Below are positions 1 to 12,651 of a DNA stretch of 64,000 nt, one piece after another. Source of the stretch: Leucoraja erinacea (lineage: Eukaryota). The stretch lies in NCBI RefSeq assembly GCF_028641065.1, contig NC_073397.1, forward strand, positions 24,490,001 to 24,554,000, read 5' to 3'. The position numbers and the translations under genes were made by a program. The notes beneath the pieces were generated by a model. The model did not search any database. It had not been told where the DNA came from and was given only the letters and a program-made list of their open reading frames with translations. The first letter of the stretch is position 1. Each line of letters begins with the position of its first letter.

Positions 1-783
1 CTTTATCATTTAATCTGACCAGAACCCATACCAAGAAATGCCATTCCTTTCTTTTAAGGCCTCAATTGACCACTTCAGGCATTGGACACACAAAGAACTG
101 CAGATGTTGGAATCTAGTTTAGAACACAAAGTGCTGGAGTAACTCAGCAGGTCAAGGAGCATCTCTGCAGAACATGGATCGGTAATGTTATGGGATCGGG
201 GAACTTCCTCGGGCCTTTTGTGCTACAAAGAGAAGATTGCATCAACTAATGTGTTTTAAAAAATTCTTTCTTGGAGCTTTCTTGTCCAGGATATTTGTCA
301 ATTTGATTCCTGGTTCTTGTCCTGCTCAGTGTAATTGCTGGGAGAGCTGGGAGAGCTGCCGGTGAAACCAGCTAACAGCTTTTCTAGAATGATTCTCAAC
401 CAGATAACCCCAGGATACTTCAAGTGAAAATGTTTACAGGAAGCATCGGAAATAAGTATTTGAACAAGTTGTTCCAGGCTACTAGGTGTAAGAGTTTCAT
501 TGACTGCCTGATTAACCTAGGTGGCACAATAATATATCAAATGTTATTTTGTCTTGAGGGCTCTTGGTATCTTTCATTCAGGAAAGGATGCTATTTCCTT
601 CAGGATCAATATTTTAAAAAAATCTGTGTCTCAACTTCTATTACAATCATATTGTTATATGAAGGTAGACTGGTTCGAAGGTCGTCATGGTCAGACACAC
701 CGAGGCCACTCTGGTGTTCTTCTCATGACCACTACCTCCTGTCGGAGTACCAGAAGGCAAACAGGGGGATGTTGAACAGTAAT

Positions 784-1098
784 GGCACAGTGGCACAGTG
801 GTAGAGTTGCTGCCTTACATTGCCAGAGTCCCGGGTTCAATCCTGACCATGGGTGCTGTCCATAAGGAGTTTGGTAGTTTTGCCTATGATTGCATGGGTT
901 TCCCCCAGGTGCTCCAGTTTCCTCCTACTTTCCAAAGATATACAGATTTATAGGTTAATTGGCTTTGGTAAATATTGTAAATTGTCCTTAGTGTGTAGGA
1001 CAGTGATAGTGTATGGGGATCGCTGGTTGATGTAAACTCAGTGGGCCAAAGAACCTGTTTCTGTGTTGTATCTCTAAACTAACCTAAACTAAACAAAA
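784..1098 (+). mobile_element. tRNA-derived V-SINE (HE1-like)
   Basis: A-box-like TGGCACAGTGG, B-box GGTTCAATCC, V-domain-like GGGTTTCCCCCAGGTGCTCCAGTTTCCTCC, LINE-type tail ending (CTAAA)n. Confidence 0.85.
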
Positions 1099-1384
1099 CA
1101 CCCACTACTCTTACTGACCTTCCGAAGATCCTGCCCAGATGGTTTGCCAACTGGACGTGACCCCCAATTATCTGCATGATCACCCCGACCAATCCCTCTG
1201 CATCCATTCATCTTTTCCCTGTCTGATTTTCATCCTTCAATCCTGCCTTACTTCATCAGATCCTCTCCTGCTTGATCAAACCCCGAACACTGGCCAGGCC
1301 TACAGTGACAACAACCACCCCCCCTTCCAATAAATAGTCCCCAGACTCCACCACTCTGCTCCCCAACACGCAACCTCCATCAGT

Positions 1385-1558
1385 TCCATTCTCTACAATC
1401 TCGTTTCCCTCTCTGCTGACACGCAGTCTGAAGAAGGGTCTTGACCCGAAACGTCACTCATTCCAACTCACTAGAGATGCTGCCTGTACCGCTGAGTTAC
1501 TCCAGCATTTTGTGTCTATCTTCAGTTTAAACCAGCGTCTGCAGTTCCTTCCTACACA
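1385..1558 (+). mobile_element. Penelope-type terminal repeat fragment carrying a hammerhead motif
   Basis: CTGAAGAAGGGTCTTGACCCGAAACGTCAC...GATGCTGCCTG...GAGTTACTCCAGCATTTTGTGTC...CTGCAGTTCCTTCCTACAC, repeated many times in the window. Confidence 0.75.
1425..1458 (+). ncRNA. Minimal type I hammerhead ribozyme
   Basis: AGU-CUGAAGA-aGGGUC uu GACCC-GAAAC-GUC^ACU. Complete core, 5-bp stem II, 3-bp stem I, palindromic ACGU stem III; predicted cut after 1455. Confidence 0.75.
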
Positions 1559-1634
1559 TTCAGTGATTGAGATGTTGCCTCCCCATAACCGAACTACAGG
1601 CCGGAAAAGTGACGGTGCTTGCCCCCAGAACCAT

Positions 1635-1995
1635 AGTCTGGGCGGCTGAGGAATGGCTAATGGACTTCAATGCAGATAAGTGTGAGGTGTGGCATTTAGG
1701 GAAATCAAACCAGGGCAGGACCTTCACAGTGAATGGTAGGATCATGGAGAATGTTCTGCAGAAGAGTACAGGTTCACAGTTCCCAAGAACTGGCATTATA
1801 CATAGAAAGGGTGGTAAGGAAGGCTTCTGGTACATTGGCCTTCATCAGTCAGGGCTTTGAGTATAGAAATTGGGGCATTCTGTTAGAGTTGTGCAAGATC
1901 TTGGTAAGGCTACGTTTGGAGTATTGTGTTCAGTTTTTGTCGCCTTGTCCTAGAAAGAATGTAATTAAAGTGGAAATAGTGCAGAGAGGATTTAC
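1635..1995 (+). mobile_element. CR1 LINE fragment (ORF2 C-terminal region)
   Basis: Peptides WAAEEWLMDFNADKCEVWHLGKSN and LVRLRLEYCVQF. Confidence 0.85.
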
Positions 1996-2630
1996 ATAGA
2001 AACATAGCAAATAGGTGCAGGAGGAGGCCATTCGGCCCTTTGTGCCAGCACCGCCATTCATTGTCATCATGGCTGATCGTCCCCTATCAACAACTCGAGT
2101 CTGCCTTCTCCCCATATGCCTTGACTCCACTAGTCCCTAAAGCTCTATCTAAATCTCTCTTAAATCCATCCAGTGACTTAGCCTCCACTGTCCTCTGAGG
2201 CAGGGATTTCCATAAATTTACAACTCGCTGAGTGAAAAAGTATTTTCTCACCTCAGAGTTAAATGACCTCCCCTTTATTCTAAGACTGTGGCCCCTGGTT
2301 CTGGACTCGCCCAACATTGGGAACATTTTTCCTACATCTAACTTGTCCAGTCCTTTTATAATTTTATATGTTCTATAAGACACCCCTCATCCTTCTGAAC
2401 TCCAGTGAATACAAGCCTAGTCTTTTCAATCTTTCCTCATATGACAGTCCCGCCATCCCAGGGATCAATCTCGTGAACCTCCACTGCACTGCCTCAATCA
2501 CAAGGATGTCCTTCCTCAAATTAGGAGACCAAAACTGTACACAATACTCCAGATGTGGTCTCACCAGAACTCTTTACAACTGCAGAAGAACCTCTTTACT
2601 CCTATACTGAAATTCTCTTGTTATGAAGGA
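1996..2630 (-). mobile_element. CR1 (HER1-like) LINE 3' end
   Basis: [27 protein letters not shown]; 3' tail with TTTCTATG. Confidence 0.9.
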
Positions 2631-2715
2631 CTTACGAGGATTCCTAGCCTACAACTGGGCTGGCTAGGGTAGAATCACTGAGACATCCGTCATTATGATG
2701 TTGGGAAATCACAAT

Positions 2716-2868
2716 TCAAGTCGAGTCAAGTCAAGTCAAGTTTATTTGTCACATACACATACGAGATGTGCAGTGAAATGAAAGTGGCAATGCTCGCAGA
2801 CTTTTGTGCAAAAGACAAACAACAAAACAACCAAACAAATTATAAACACAATCATAACACACATATTC
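2716..2868 (-). mobile_element. Rex1/Babar LINE 3' UTR
   Basis: (CAAGT)n tail and UTR matching 19860-19938 in reverse. Confidence 0.75.
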
Positions 2869-2869
2869 C

Positions 2870-3897
2870 TCACTCAGTCTCTGCAAGATGAAGCCATCTC
2901 TCTGAGCTCTGAATAACACTGAACATATGTCTACTCAACTGTGAGTGTCCTTAATGTGGTTTGAAAATGAAAATATTGTTGGTTTGAAGTAAAAAGGCAC
3001 TGCCTGCAAATGGTTGTTTGGGGGGGGGGGGGGGGGTTGGGTTTAAATAAAAAAGGCACTGCCTGCAAATGGTTATTTGTCTAAACTTGACAACTTCCTG
3101 TAACTTACTATATTGATTTTGGATAAAACTCTACCACTTACAGCTGTGATTTTTGGCCATCTTACTAAGTTCCCCTCCTCTCATCGGGTGCAGAGGATTC
3201 TTCCCATCAATGAAAAACAAAAGTGTTATTAGTGTTTAAAAAATGTTGAGAATCTCTCTCCTGTCAATCACACCATGAAGGCCACACCTTTTCCAGTGGG
3301 AGGGGGAGGGATTATAAAACCCGGAATTGTGGGTGTTGCTCAGTCTCTGCATGATGGGGGAGGGAGAGGTCATGACTGTCTGAGCTGTGAATCAACTGAA
3401 CACACTGAATGTCTACTGTGTGGTTTTATGGTGGTTTCACCCTGCTTGAAATAGTATGAAACTGCATTTGAATGTGGTGTCGTTGCACCCTGCATGAAAT
3501 GGTATGAAACTGCATTTGAATTTGGTGGCCTTGCACCCTGCATGAAATGGTATGAAACTGCATTTGAATTTGGTGGCCTTGCACTCTGCTTGAACTGGTA
3601 GGAAACTGAACCTGAATTTGGTGGCCTTGCACCCTGCTCGAAGAGGTAAGAAACTGCACTTGAAATTGGTGGCCTTGCACCTTGCTTTAAATGGTAGGAA
3701 AATGGATTTGAATTTGGTGGCCATGAGTCAACTGCCAGCACATCAGGCTTGAGAGACTGCGCTGCCACCCCAAGAATCCATTTGGCCCACAATGCCCCCC
3801 CCCCCCCCCCCCCCCTTTGGTGGGGAGGTGGAATATTACGTTGGGGGACCAGCCCTCCTGTGTGAACAGGGGACCCAATGGGTTCCACTTAGTCTAG
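2870..3897 (+). mobile_element. Non-autonomous Helitron, 5' truncated, with 48-bp minisatellite
   Basis: Ends GGGACCCAATGGGTTCC hairpin + ACTTAGTCTAG|T; homologous to 61054-62906. Confidence 0.75.
3430..3723. repeat. 48-bp minisatellite, about 6 copies
   Basis: Unit GAAACTGCATTTGAATTTGGTGGCCTTGCACCCTGCATGAAATGGTAT; 16-aa periodicity in overlapping ORFs. Confidence 0.9.
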
Positions 3898-4199
3898 TAT
3901 TTATCTAAAAATTCAACTCAACTGTGTAGAGGTTATTTATGTAAACAGCCTTTGATGAGGTGGAGTAGCTGTTACTACTAATTATGTGTTTGGCATGTAT
4001 ATAGTGATGCATTTCATGTGAAGTCCAGTCTCAGTCATGCAAGTAACTACTCAGTCATGCAAGTAACTAATGTCAATCAGAGATACATTCAGTAATGACT
4101 CATATAATTATTCACATGGACTGCAAATCTCTTTGCTCTGCACATATGGTATTGGATTACAAACAATATAGAATTTAGTGAGAGCATGGACAAAGAGGT

Positions 4200-4830
4200 T
4201 GGCACAATGTGGGCAGGCAATGGGAGCATTGAGAGCAGGGTCTTGGAACCGGGCTCGGTTTAGGCATAGGCTGAGATCGGGCCTCAGTATGAGTGTAGAT
4301 TGAGAACAGAGCTTACTTTAGTGAAGTTTAGAGATACAGAGCGTAAACATGCCATTCGACCCATCGAGTCTGTGCCGACCAGCGATCCCCTACACTAGCA
4401 CTATCCTACACACTAGGGACAAGTTATATTTTTTACTAAAGCCAATTAACCTACAAACCTGCATGTCTTTGGAGTGTGAGAGGAAACCGGAGCTCCCGGC
4501 GAAAACCCAAGTGGTCATGGAGAGAACGTACAAACTCCGTACAGACAGCACCATAGTCAGGATCGAACCGAGGTCTCTGGCACTGCAAGGCAGCAACTCT
4601 ACCACTGCGCTACCTTACCACCCCAAACATTAATGTGAACAGGGACTAAAAGCAGATGTCAGTGTGGGCATGGACTGGAATGGAACAATATGGAGAGGAA
4701 CTAAGAACCGGGTTCAGTATGAGCAGGGACTCAGAACAGGGCATAGTGTTGGCGTAGACTGAGAATGGAACAGAGTCGAGAGGGATTGAGAATGGGACTC
4801 AGTGTGGGCAGGGACTGAACATGAGGTTCC
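4200..4830. repeat. Degenerate ~30-bp tandem repeat interrupted by a SINE
   Basis: Recurring CAGT(A/G)TG(A/G)GCAGGGACTGAGAAC-like units on both sides of the SINE. Confidence 0.5.
4313..4624 (-). mobile_element. V-SINE (HE1-like)
   Basis: Reverse complement of the 784-1098 family. Confidence 0.85.
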
Positions 4831-5403
4831 ATCAGGTGGGAAAGAAAGGTGGACAGGAATATAAAATAAATTGTGAGTGGTAAATCAGAAATAACTGCAG
4901 AGAGCGTTCTTGGTTAGACAAGCAATACCACCAGTGAAAATAAATATATTTTAAAATGTTGCACTTATCTATCAGAAGAAGCATGAAAAGTATAATATAT
5001 TTTGTTTATAATCATCCCAATAAAAACTGTTGATTAGATTAAATTAGCATGCTCTACTAGATTCACTTTCTGCCAATTTGACATTTACAAGAAACTGCAA
5101 TAATTGTGATTCCTGACAAAACAAATATATGTAAATTATCTCTTAAAGGATGTAGAGATATTAATGTCTGTTAAACTGTTTGGTAAACATAGCATTTTGC
5201 ATTACATTGCAACAAGATCTAAAGTGAAATAAACATTAAATTGACTTTGAGTCTATTGTTTCAGAAGTGCTTGTTAAATCTGAATTGAATTCCATCTAAC
5301 CATGGTGAGATAAAAATGTCACAATATCAAGCTTGATAATGTATTTGGTTCAACAGTATCAACATTATTTGTTTTTGTGAGTTGGTACTATATATGAGAT
5401 GTG

Positions 5404-5900
5404 TTTGAATGTGGAGTTAAAGCAATGTCCAAATATGAACCAGTTCAAAATGACATACAAAAAACTTTTTTTCACAAGGTACAGGGATGAAGGGGATGGT
5501 TGACAAACAGGGGTTAATGTTTATTTATTATTTTATTTATTATTAATTTATGTTTTTGGTTACTTCATACATATTACTTGTATGTGTACATCAGTTGTAT
5601 GCATATATATGTCTGTATGCATCTCTAAAAATTGTCTGGGGTATTATTATTATTAATTAATTAATTAATATGGAAGAAGGGTTTAGGGAGAAGGGGTGAG
5701 ATTAAATAAGTTATTCTTCTTCTCACTCCTTTTCGAGCTTGTAAAGAAAAAGTGTTGGACATTTAAATTTTGCTTTATGCTTTTCATTGCTTTGCAAATA
5801 TTGCCTGGAATGTCCAATTGTTTGACTATTTCGATTTTGTTGTTGTTATTTATTCCTATTTATGTCTTTCCTTGTTCCGAACAAATAAACAAAAAAAAAA
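5404..5900 (+). mobile_element. LINE 3' end (L2/Crack/CR1 group), ORF2 C-terminus plus UTR and poly(A)
   Basis: Reads LNVELKQCPNMNQFKMTYKKLFFTRYRDEGDG*; UTR motif GGGGTGAGATTAAATAAG...TTCTCACTCCTTTTCG; AATAAA then A-tail. Confidence 0.6.
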
Positions 5901-7015
5901 TATCTTGATCATTGTGAAACTAAGTAACATAATCAAATGTTGCCTTTTCTTGTGCATCACAGAAACCAAATACAAATCTTCAAAGGAAATGATCTACATT
6001 CAGTTGTCTCCATTTACTGTGATTATTATTTTATATTAAAATGTAGCCTTCTTCATTTCCAGCAATACTTTGTTATAATGCAAAACAAATCCATAGTCAA
6101 GAAAACAATTATCTGATGATCTGTGCTGTAACTAAAATTGATTTTCTCCAAACAGCTTTTGGTATTAATAGTCCATAACATTTATTGTACTCCACAGATG
6201 GTTGGCAATTATTTGATTTAATCTAATAGGGGAAAAATATGTTTACCAGAGTCTGCAAATAAATCAGATGACCAATGGATGACAGAGTCTGAATGTCAAA
6301 AGATGATGATATCTGTGCTAATTAAGAGTTCCTTCTCCCACCCAATCAATTATTTGTTTAATTAAAGGTGTTAGATGCATTTCCCCCTCCATCTGTTAAG
6401 CCACAAGGTCATCCTGACAGCTATTACTGTGACAAATTGTCTTAATTATACTTTCAATCCTCAACATGTCTGGTTAAAATACAGCTCAGTGACATGTAAT
6501 GCTTTCAACCTAAGGCTAAAGTGTCTGATAGTATTGTTCGCAAAGCAATCACACACTTAACTCTTTGAGTGCAATGGATGCATTTAAGCCAATTGAAATA
6601 TAAGATTGATTACTGTTTACTTTATCTTGTTGACATCTGACAAACAAATGGAACTAGATCAATTGGCTTTATAAATGTAAAAAAATGTCCAGTATAAAAT
6701 TGTCCAACTTCCAGTATAGTTCCTGGTGGACTCTTCGGAAGGTACAAGGTAATAGGTACAAGGTATTACATTGTACAAGGTATCACAATGCTGTAATTTT
6801 GTTCATGCATGGAACAAATAAACTTACTGAGTTTCAGACTTTGCATGGATTGCTTGATTTCCATGTTCTTGTGTTAAAACAACATACTTTTGCTTTTTAA
6901 ATAACTGACACTACTAGTCATATTGACTATTTTAAAATAATTGCAATATTTGTAGCAAGATAGATACAAAATGCTGAAGTAACAGGTCATGCAGCATCTC
7001 TGGAGAAAATGTATA

Positions 7016-7049
7016 CGTGACGTTTCGGGCCGGGGCCCATCTTCAGATT
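7016..7049 (-). ncRNA. Minimal hammerhead ribozyme motif in Penelope-type repeat (6960-7050)
   Basis: Reverse complement: CUGAAGA-uGGGCC cc GGCCC-GAAAC-GUC; core intact, stem II differs from copy 1 but still pairs. Confidence 0.65.
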
Positions 7050-7599
7050 CAATTATCAGTTCCAGCACTTTTTTTTCTTCGATTGCTTAAATTTCCTCCA
7101 CATTTCCCCATTCCTGTAGATTTTTCAGTCTTGTCCAAAATAATATGTTACAATATCATTGTGGTGTGTTGTTATTGTCCTAAGCTGTGTTGTAATGTGT
7201 GTTTTATAATGTGTTATCAGGCAACTGAATCACCCTACCGTAACTAGAAAGCAGTCCTGAACTACTATCTACCTCGGACTATCTTTGATCGGACGTTACT
7301 GGCTTTATCTTGCTCTAAACATTATTCCTTTATCGTGTAGCTGTGCACTGTGAATGGCACGATAATAATCATGTATTGTTGCAACAAAAGCTTTTCACTG
7401 TACCTCGGTACTCATGACAATAAATTAAAACTGAAGTAATGCCCATTAATGCCTTCCTCAAATCTTTAATGTAATGCTTTCATTTGCAACCAATAGGGGC
7501 TTGAAATTCATCTTTAGGTAGTGATGACTAATTAGATCTTCTTAGCGAGTCCACATCACAAGATTAGAAATTGTTCAGCCAGAGCTGAACACGCTTGTC

Positions 7600-8780
7600 G
7601 GCATCGGCAGCTTTGGGTCAACCGCAAACTTAGAAATGTCACATTTAATTCCCTCATCTAAATTGTTAATATATATTGTAAACAACTGGGGTCCCAGCAT
7701 CAAGCCCTGCGGCACCCCACTAGTCACTGCCTGCCTTACTGAAAAGTACCCGTTATGGTCCTGTCCCATGATGCGAGTTTACCCAAGAGCTCTTCCGAGT
7801 TCACTCGTGGTACACCATCGAGTATTTTTTTACGCTTGGAAATTTTTCACAGTTGAAAAAACTTCACGAGTTTCCGCGTTTCCCGAGTACCTGCTGTTAG
7901 CATTACGAGGCACTATGAGACATCCACGAGTCCCGACGTACCCGCTACGTACATTCTACGTACTTACCACGAGTTAGATTTTTTTTTTAACTCGGGAGAG
8001 CTCTTGGGTAAACTCGAATTGTGGGACAGGGCCTTACGTCCCTGCACTTTGCTTACTGTCTGCCAACCAGTGTGCTCTAAAACTATGTGCTCTGATTTTG
8101 CCCACTAATCTCCTGTGTGGGACCTTAACAAAGGCTTTCTGAAAGTTCAGATACACTACATCCACTGGTTTTCCTTCATCTATTTTACTTGTCACGTCTT
8201 CAAAAAAATTCCAGAAGATTAGTCAAGCAGGATTTCCCCTTCAGAAATCCATGCTGACTTGGACTAATCTGTTTACTGCTATCCAAATGCGCCATTATTA
8301 CTTCTTTAATAATTGACTCCAGCATCTTCCCCACCAGATTAACTGGTCTATAATTCCCCATTTTCTCACTCGCTCATTTCTTTAAAAGTGGGATAACATT
8401 GGCTATCCTCCAATCCACAGGAGCTGATCCTGAATCTATAGAACATTGGAAAATAATCACCAATGCATCCATGATTTCTAGATCCACCTCCTTGAATACC
8501 CTGGGATGCAGACCATCAGGCCCTGGGGATTTATCAGCCTTCAGTCCCTTCAGTCTACCCAATACTATTTCTAGCCTAATGCAATCTTTATTTCTGTTCC
8601 TCTGTCTCCCTAGATCCTCTGTCCTCTTGTACATCTGGGAGACTGTTTGTATCTTCCTAAGTGAAGACAAAACCAAAGTTCCTGTTCAACTCGTCTGCCA
8701 TTTCCCTGTTCCTCATAATAATTTCACCTGTTTCTGCCTTCATGGGACCCAAATTTGTCTTAACTAATCTTTTTCTCTAT
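7600..8780 (-). mobile_element. CR1 LINE reverse-transcriptase region fragment
   Basis: VTSGVPQGLMLGPQLFTIYINNL, KSPGPDGLHPRV, VDWRIANVIPL. Confidence 0.9.
7756..8033. mobile_element. PIF/Harbinger-like MITE inserted in CR1
   Basis: TIRs GGTCCTGTCCCA...CGAGTTTACCCAAGAGCTCT / AGAGCTCTTGGGTAAACTCG...TGGGACAGGGCC; TTA flanks. Confidence 0.8.
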
Positions 8781-9291
8781 GCAAAAACAAATAATTTCAT
8801 GTGACAATAAAGTATTATTGAATCATCGAATTAAATCATTGAATCAAACTATTGGAAGAACGCAGTGAGTTAAGCATCAACTGTGGTCGATGTTTCAGGT
8901 TGAATCCCTGCATCAGGACTGCCACTTCAGTTCACGATGCGAGATTACAACCCAAAATGTTGACTTTCCTTTGGCCCCAGTTTATGCAGCTTGATCTGCT
9001 GTGTTCTTCCAACAGTTTGTTACTATTGCTCCAGATTCCATCACCTGCAATCTCTTATACCTCCACACAATGTTAGCAACACTATGCAGACAAAGAAGTT
9101 TAATCTTCTGTTAACTGCCCGATTATTTTACCCAATCAGGAAATTCCTTTTTTTCCCACCCATCACCCTCCCCCTAACTTCTTTTCTACAAAGGCTAATT
9201 TGTTTTTCTCTTTCTCTGTTCAAATGAAGTATCTCTGACCTGTTTTTCTTTCCACAGATAACCCCTGCCTTGATGAGGTAAACCTTGATGA

Positions 9292-9600
9292 AGTTGAGTT
9301 TTTTTAGTTTAGAGCGGAAACACCCACTTTGGCCCGCCGACCAGCGATCCTCGCACATTAACACCACCCTACACACTACCCTACGTACACTAATGATAAT
9401 TTATATGTATAACAAGCCAATTAACCTACAAATCTGTATGTCTTTGTAGTGTGGAAGGAAACCGAAGATATTGGAGAAAACCCAGGCAGGTCATTGGAAG
9501 AATGTACAAACTCTGTATAAACAGCACGCGTAATCAGGATTGAACCCGAGACTCTGGCTCTCCAAGGCCGCAACTCGACCGCTACGCCACCATGCCACCC
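9292..9600 (-). mobile_element. V-SINE (HE1-like)
   Basis: Reverse complement of the 784-1098 family. Confidence 0.8.
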
Positions 9601-10806
9601 TAAATTTATTTTTTATTTAGAGGGATAATTACTGATTTATGCATTCTTCTGTTCTCACAGTATCAAAGGAAATATTTATTCTTCGATGAAGACCACCAAT
9701 ATGGTTTAATTGCACGATTTTCAATTTATTTGAGAATGCCTTGTTCCTGCTCAATGTTAGAATTAAGAATATCTCCTCAGTGTGAGCGAGGAACATTACG
9801 TGGGTTGAGAAAGATCTATTTACCTGGACCAAGTGCAAGTCAAAGATATAGATGAGTCAAAGAAAGAAGTTCTACTAAAGCAGTATGCCAACTAGGGACC
9901 AAATTAAAAAGTAGAGCTACCAAGGTGACCAAAGGTTACACAAAAAAGCTGGAGAAACTCAGCTGGTGCAGCAGCATCTATGGAGCGAAGGAAATAGGCA
10001 ACGTTTCGGGCCGAAACCCTTCAAAGGTCTACCTTGAAGAAGTTCTCCTCTTCTCTCTCTTAAACAAGGTGACCAAATGTGAATTTCTACCTGAGCAAAT
10101 GCCCAAAATATTATTAGATCAGGGAGCTGAATGTATGGTTCAAAGATTGATGTGGATAGAAGGTTGAATTCATGGTGCATTAGTACTGGTACTGACAAAG
10201 GAGAAAGAGATTCCATTAGAGCAGGCAATTAAGACGTTGAATAATATATTTGTTTTTATTACAAGGGGATTTTGAGTAAATGAAAAAAATGTAATATAAG
10301 GCTCGGTGAGACAAAACAGAAATACTCCCATAAACTTAGGTAAAGTATAAAGGGCTGTTGCTCTCTTTGATTTGGAAGAAATATTAAATTCATTTAGTAA
10401 CTTTACATCCTAGCAAGTAAATCAGTTTAGCGTCTTCTGAAGCATTATATTCAAAACTAAAGAGCATGCTTGAAACCTATTCACATGGAATTCTGACGTC
10501 AATTAAAATTGTAAGCAAATGGATCCAGTATTGGAGATGAGATCAATATCCAGAAGCCAAAAAGGTTCTGGATATTTTAGGTGTAGATTATGATTGTTGA
10601 CATACTGTATATAGCATGGAATAGTGAACTTATAACATTTTAATATGCCTCAATCAATATTTTAACACTAAATTTTTCTTAAGGGCATTTTCATTTTTTC
10701 CTGAATAATATTCCTTATAAATGTCAAGCAGTAATGAGGCTCTGCATGTTTTCAGAGTATTGCAAACATTCTTATTTTGGCAGAGATGAGAGCATATATT
10801 TAATGT

Positions 10807-10811
<5 letters not shown>

Positions 10812-10850
<39 letters not shown>

Positions 10851-10868
10851 GCACACACACACACACAC
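10812..10868. repeat. Compound (CT)n(CA)n microsatellite
   Basis: Seen directly. Confidence 0.95.
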
Positions 10869-10869
10869 G

Positions 10870-11406
10870 CTGAGTTTGCCCTTGACTCATACTTGCAGCA
10901 TGGTCGCCACAAGGTCGTAGGAGGTCATAGGAAGTCTTCGTAACTCTTCCTCATGCTCGTAAGTGGTCTCCGCGTACTCGTGGCCTCAAGTAGGTTGCGG
11001 CGTTTTTGCAAGCCTGAAAAAAATGTCCACGAGTAAAAAAAAGGTCGGCATGGAAAAAATTGATACGTTTTACTCATAGGTAGGTCGTAGTACGTTGTGA
11101 TGGTAGTCGTGGGTAGTCGTAGATAGTTGTAGGTCGGTAACTGGTCAGAGAAAAAAAAATGCAAACATGACATAATTTTATCATGTGATCATTTCCACTC
11201 GTAGCTAGTCATAGTTGGTCTAAGGTGTGGAAGACTGAGGTCGAGGGGGGTCGTAGGAGGTCATAGACATATTCGTAGGAGATCGTAGACATAGTCGTAG
11301 GAGGTCGTAGGAGGTCTTTTACTTTGGTGAGTCAACACGACCGTGACAATTTTTTCAGCATGTCTAGGGTCTTCTAAACTCGTGGATTACGTCGAGACAG
11401 GACCTT
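10870..11406. mobile_element. Harbinger-like MITE, one end lost
   Basis: Inverted homolog of 51051-51599 (shared EFALDSY.QHGRHKVVGG pseudo-ORF); GGTCGTAG internal repeats; degenerate right TIR GACAGGACCT. Confidence 0.7.
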
Positions 11407-11677
11407 AAAATTGTAAGTTGGCCCGAGTGTGTGTAGGTTAATGTTTGTGCGCGGGGATCGCTGGTCGGCGTGGACTCGATGAGCCCCCCCCCCCCCCCCC
11501 GGACACTTATTATTATTTATTCAAATCGTTTGCTATGTCGCTCTTCAAGGGAGATGCTAAATGCATTTCGTTGTCTCTGTACTGTACACTGACAATGACA
11601 ATTAAAATTGAATCTGAAATTGAATCTGAATCAAAGGGCCTTTTTTCTTACTGTATCTCTAAACTAAAGTAAACTAA
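11407..11677 (+). mobile_element. V-SINE 3' half interrupted by a LINE 3' tail
   Basis: SINE sequence resumes after an insert ending ATTAAA...(GAATCT)n. Confidence 0.6.
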
Positions 11678-12439
11678 TTTCTCAGCCATTCACCTTCCCT
11701 TTCAATTGGCCTGCTTATAATCGGTGGCAATCCACCACTAGCATCCTTGCACCCTTAGGCTTAACGCAATAATATAATAATACACAAAAAATTATGGTAC
11801 TGTTAAATTGGAGGAATGTTGTCTATAGCTACAACTTGACATGAATCACATGCAAAATAGAGGTACTTTGGCAGATATAATTTAACCCTGAGTGTAAGAT
11901 ACCTATTTAGAAAAGCCAAATAGGGATAGACTATATAAATAAATATTAGGGCAGGAAGGAATGTTGGTGAACAGTGAGACCTAGAGATCTAAGTTTATAA
12001 GTTCCATGAAAATGGCAACACAGGCTGATTCTTCCAGTTTCTTTTGGAGTGAGTGAGGCAGAGGGGGAGTTGGGAGGACATCTTAGAAGTATGTAGGATT
12101 AAGAGAGGCATAAATAGGGTTGTTACAGTTGTCAAAATCTTATTTTTTCCATGGTAAGAATAAGAGGGCACAGATTAAAAGCTAGAATGCTGGAGAAACT
12201 CAGCAGGTGAGGCAGCATCTATGGGATAGGAATAGGTAACGTTTCCGGTCGAAACCCTTCTTCAGATTCATCCAATTGAACCCAACGTTCTACCAATTCA
12301 TCATTATATTTTACTTTGGATTGCCCCTTTGCTTTTGGAACAACTCATTTAAATCAGATGATGTTATAATCCCTATCTCATAACCAATTAACAACCCAGA
12401 TATCCTTCTCTGATTGTCTTTGTGTAAATTCCTTTGCAG

Positions 12440-12489
12440 CTGCACAACATAAGAGGTTCAAACAGTTATGGATTTTAATTGAAGCTCAG
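12440..12489 (+). CDS. Candidate internal exon, (A)AQHKRFKQLWILIEAQ
   Basis: Strong acceptor TTCCTTTGCAG, donor CAG|GTAAAA, single open frame, phase 1 to 0. Confidence 0.3.
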
Positions 12490-12651
12490 GTAAAAAAAAA
12501 GCATGATTATGAAAATGCATTCCAAATCCAGTGAAGATATTTAGTTGCCATAAATTGCATTCTTAATGATTCGGAAGCTCTGTGAAATAAGAAGGAATGC
12601 CAATGAAAGTTTGGCAGAAAAGAACAGATAATACATGTAAACATTTTGAAA

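Noticed and set aside
249-361. Short ORF MCFKKFFLGAFLSRIFVNLIPGSCPAQCNCWESWESC with a possible donor, resembling a signal peptide plus LRR N-cap
   Set aside because: Weak hydrophobic core and weak donor, WESWES comes from a 9-bp duplication, and no LRR exons were found downstream
784-850. tRNA gene
   Set aside because: tRNA-derived SINE head with no full cloverleaf; it continues into the V-domain
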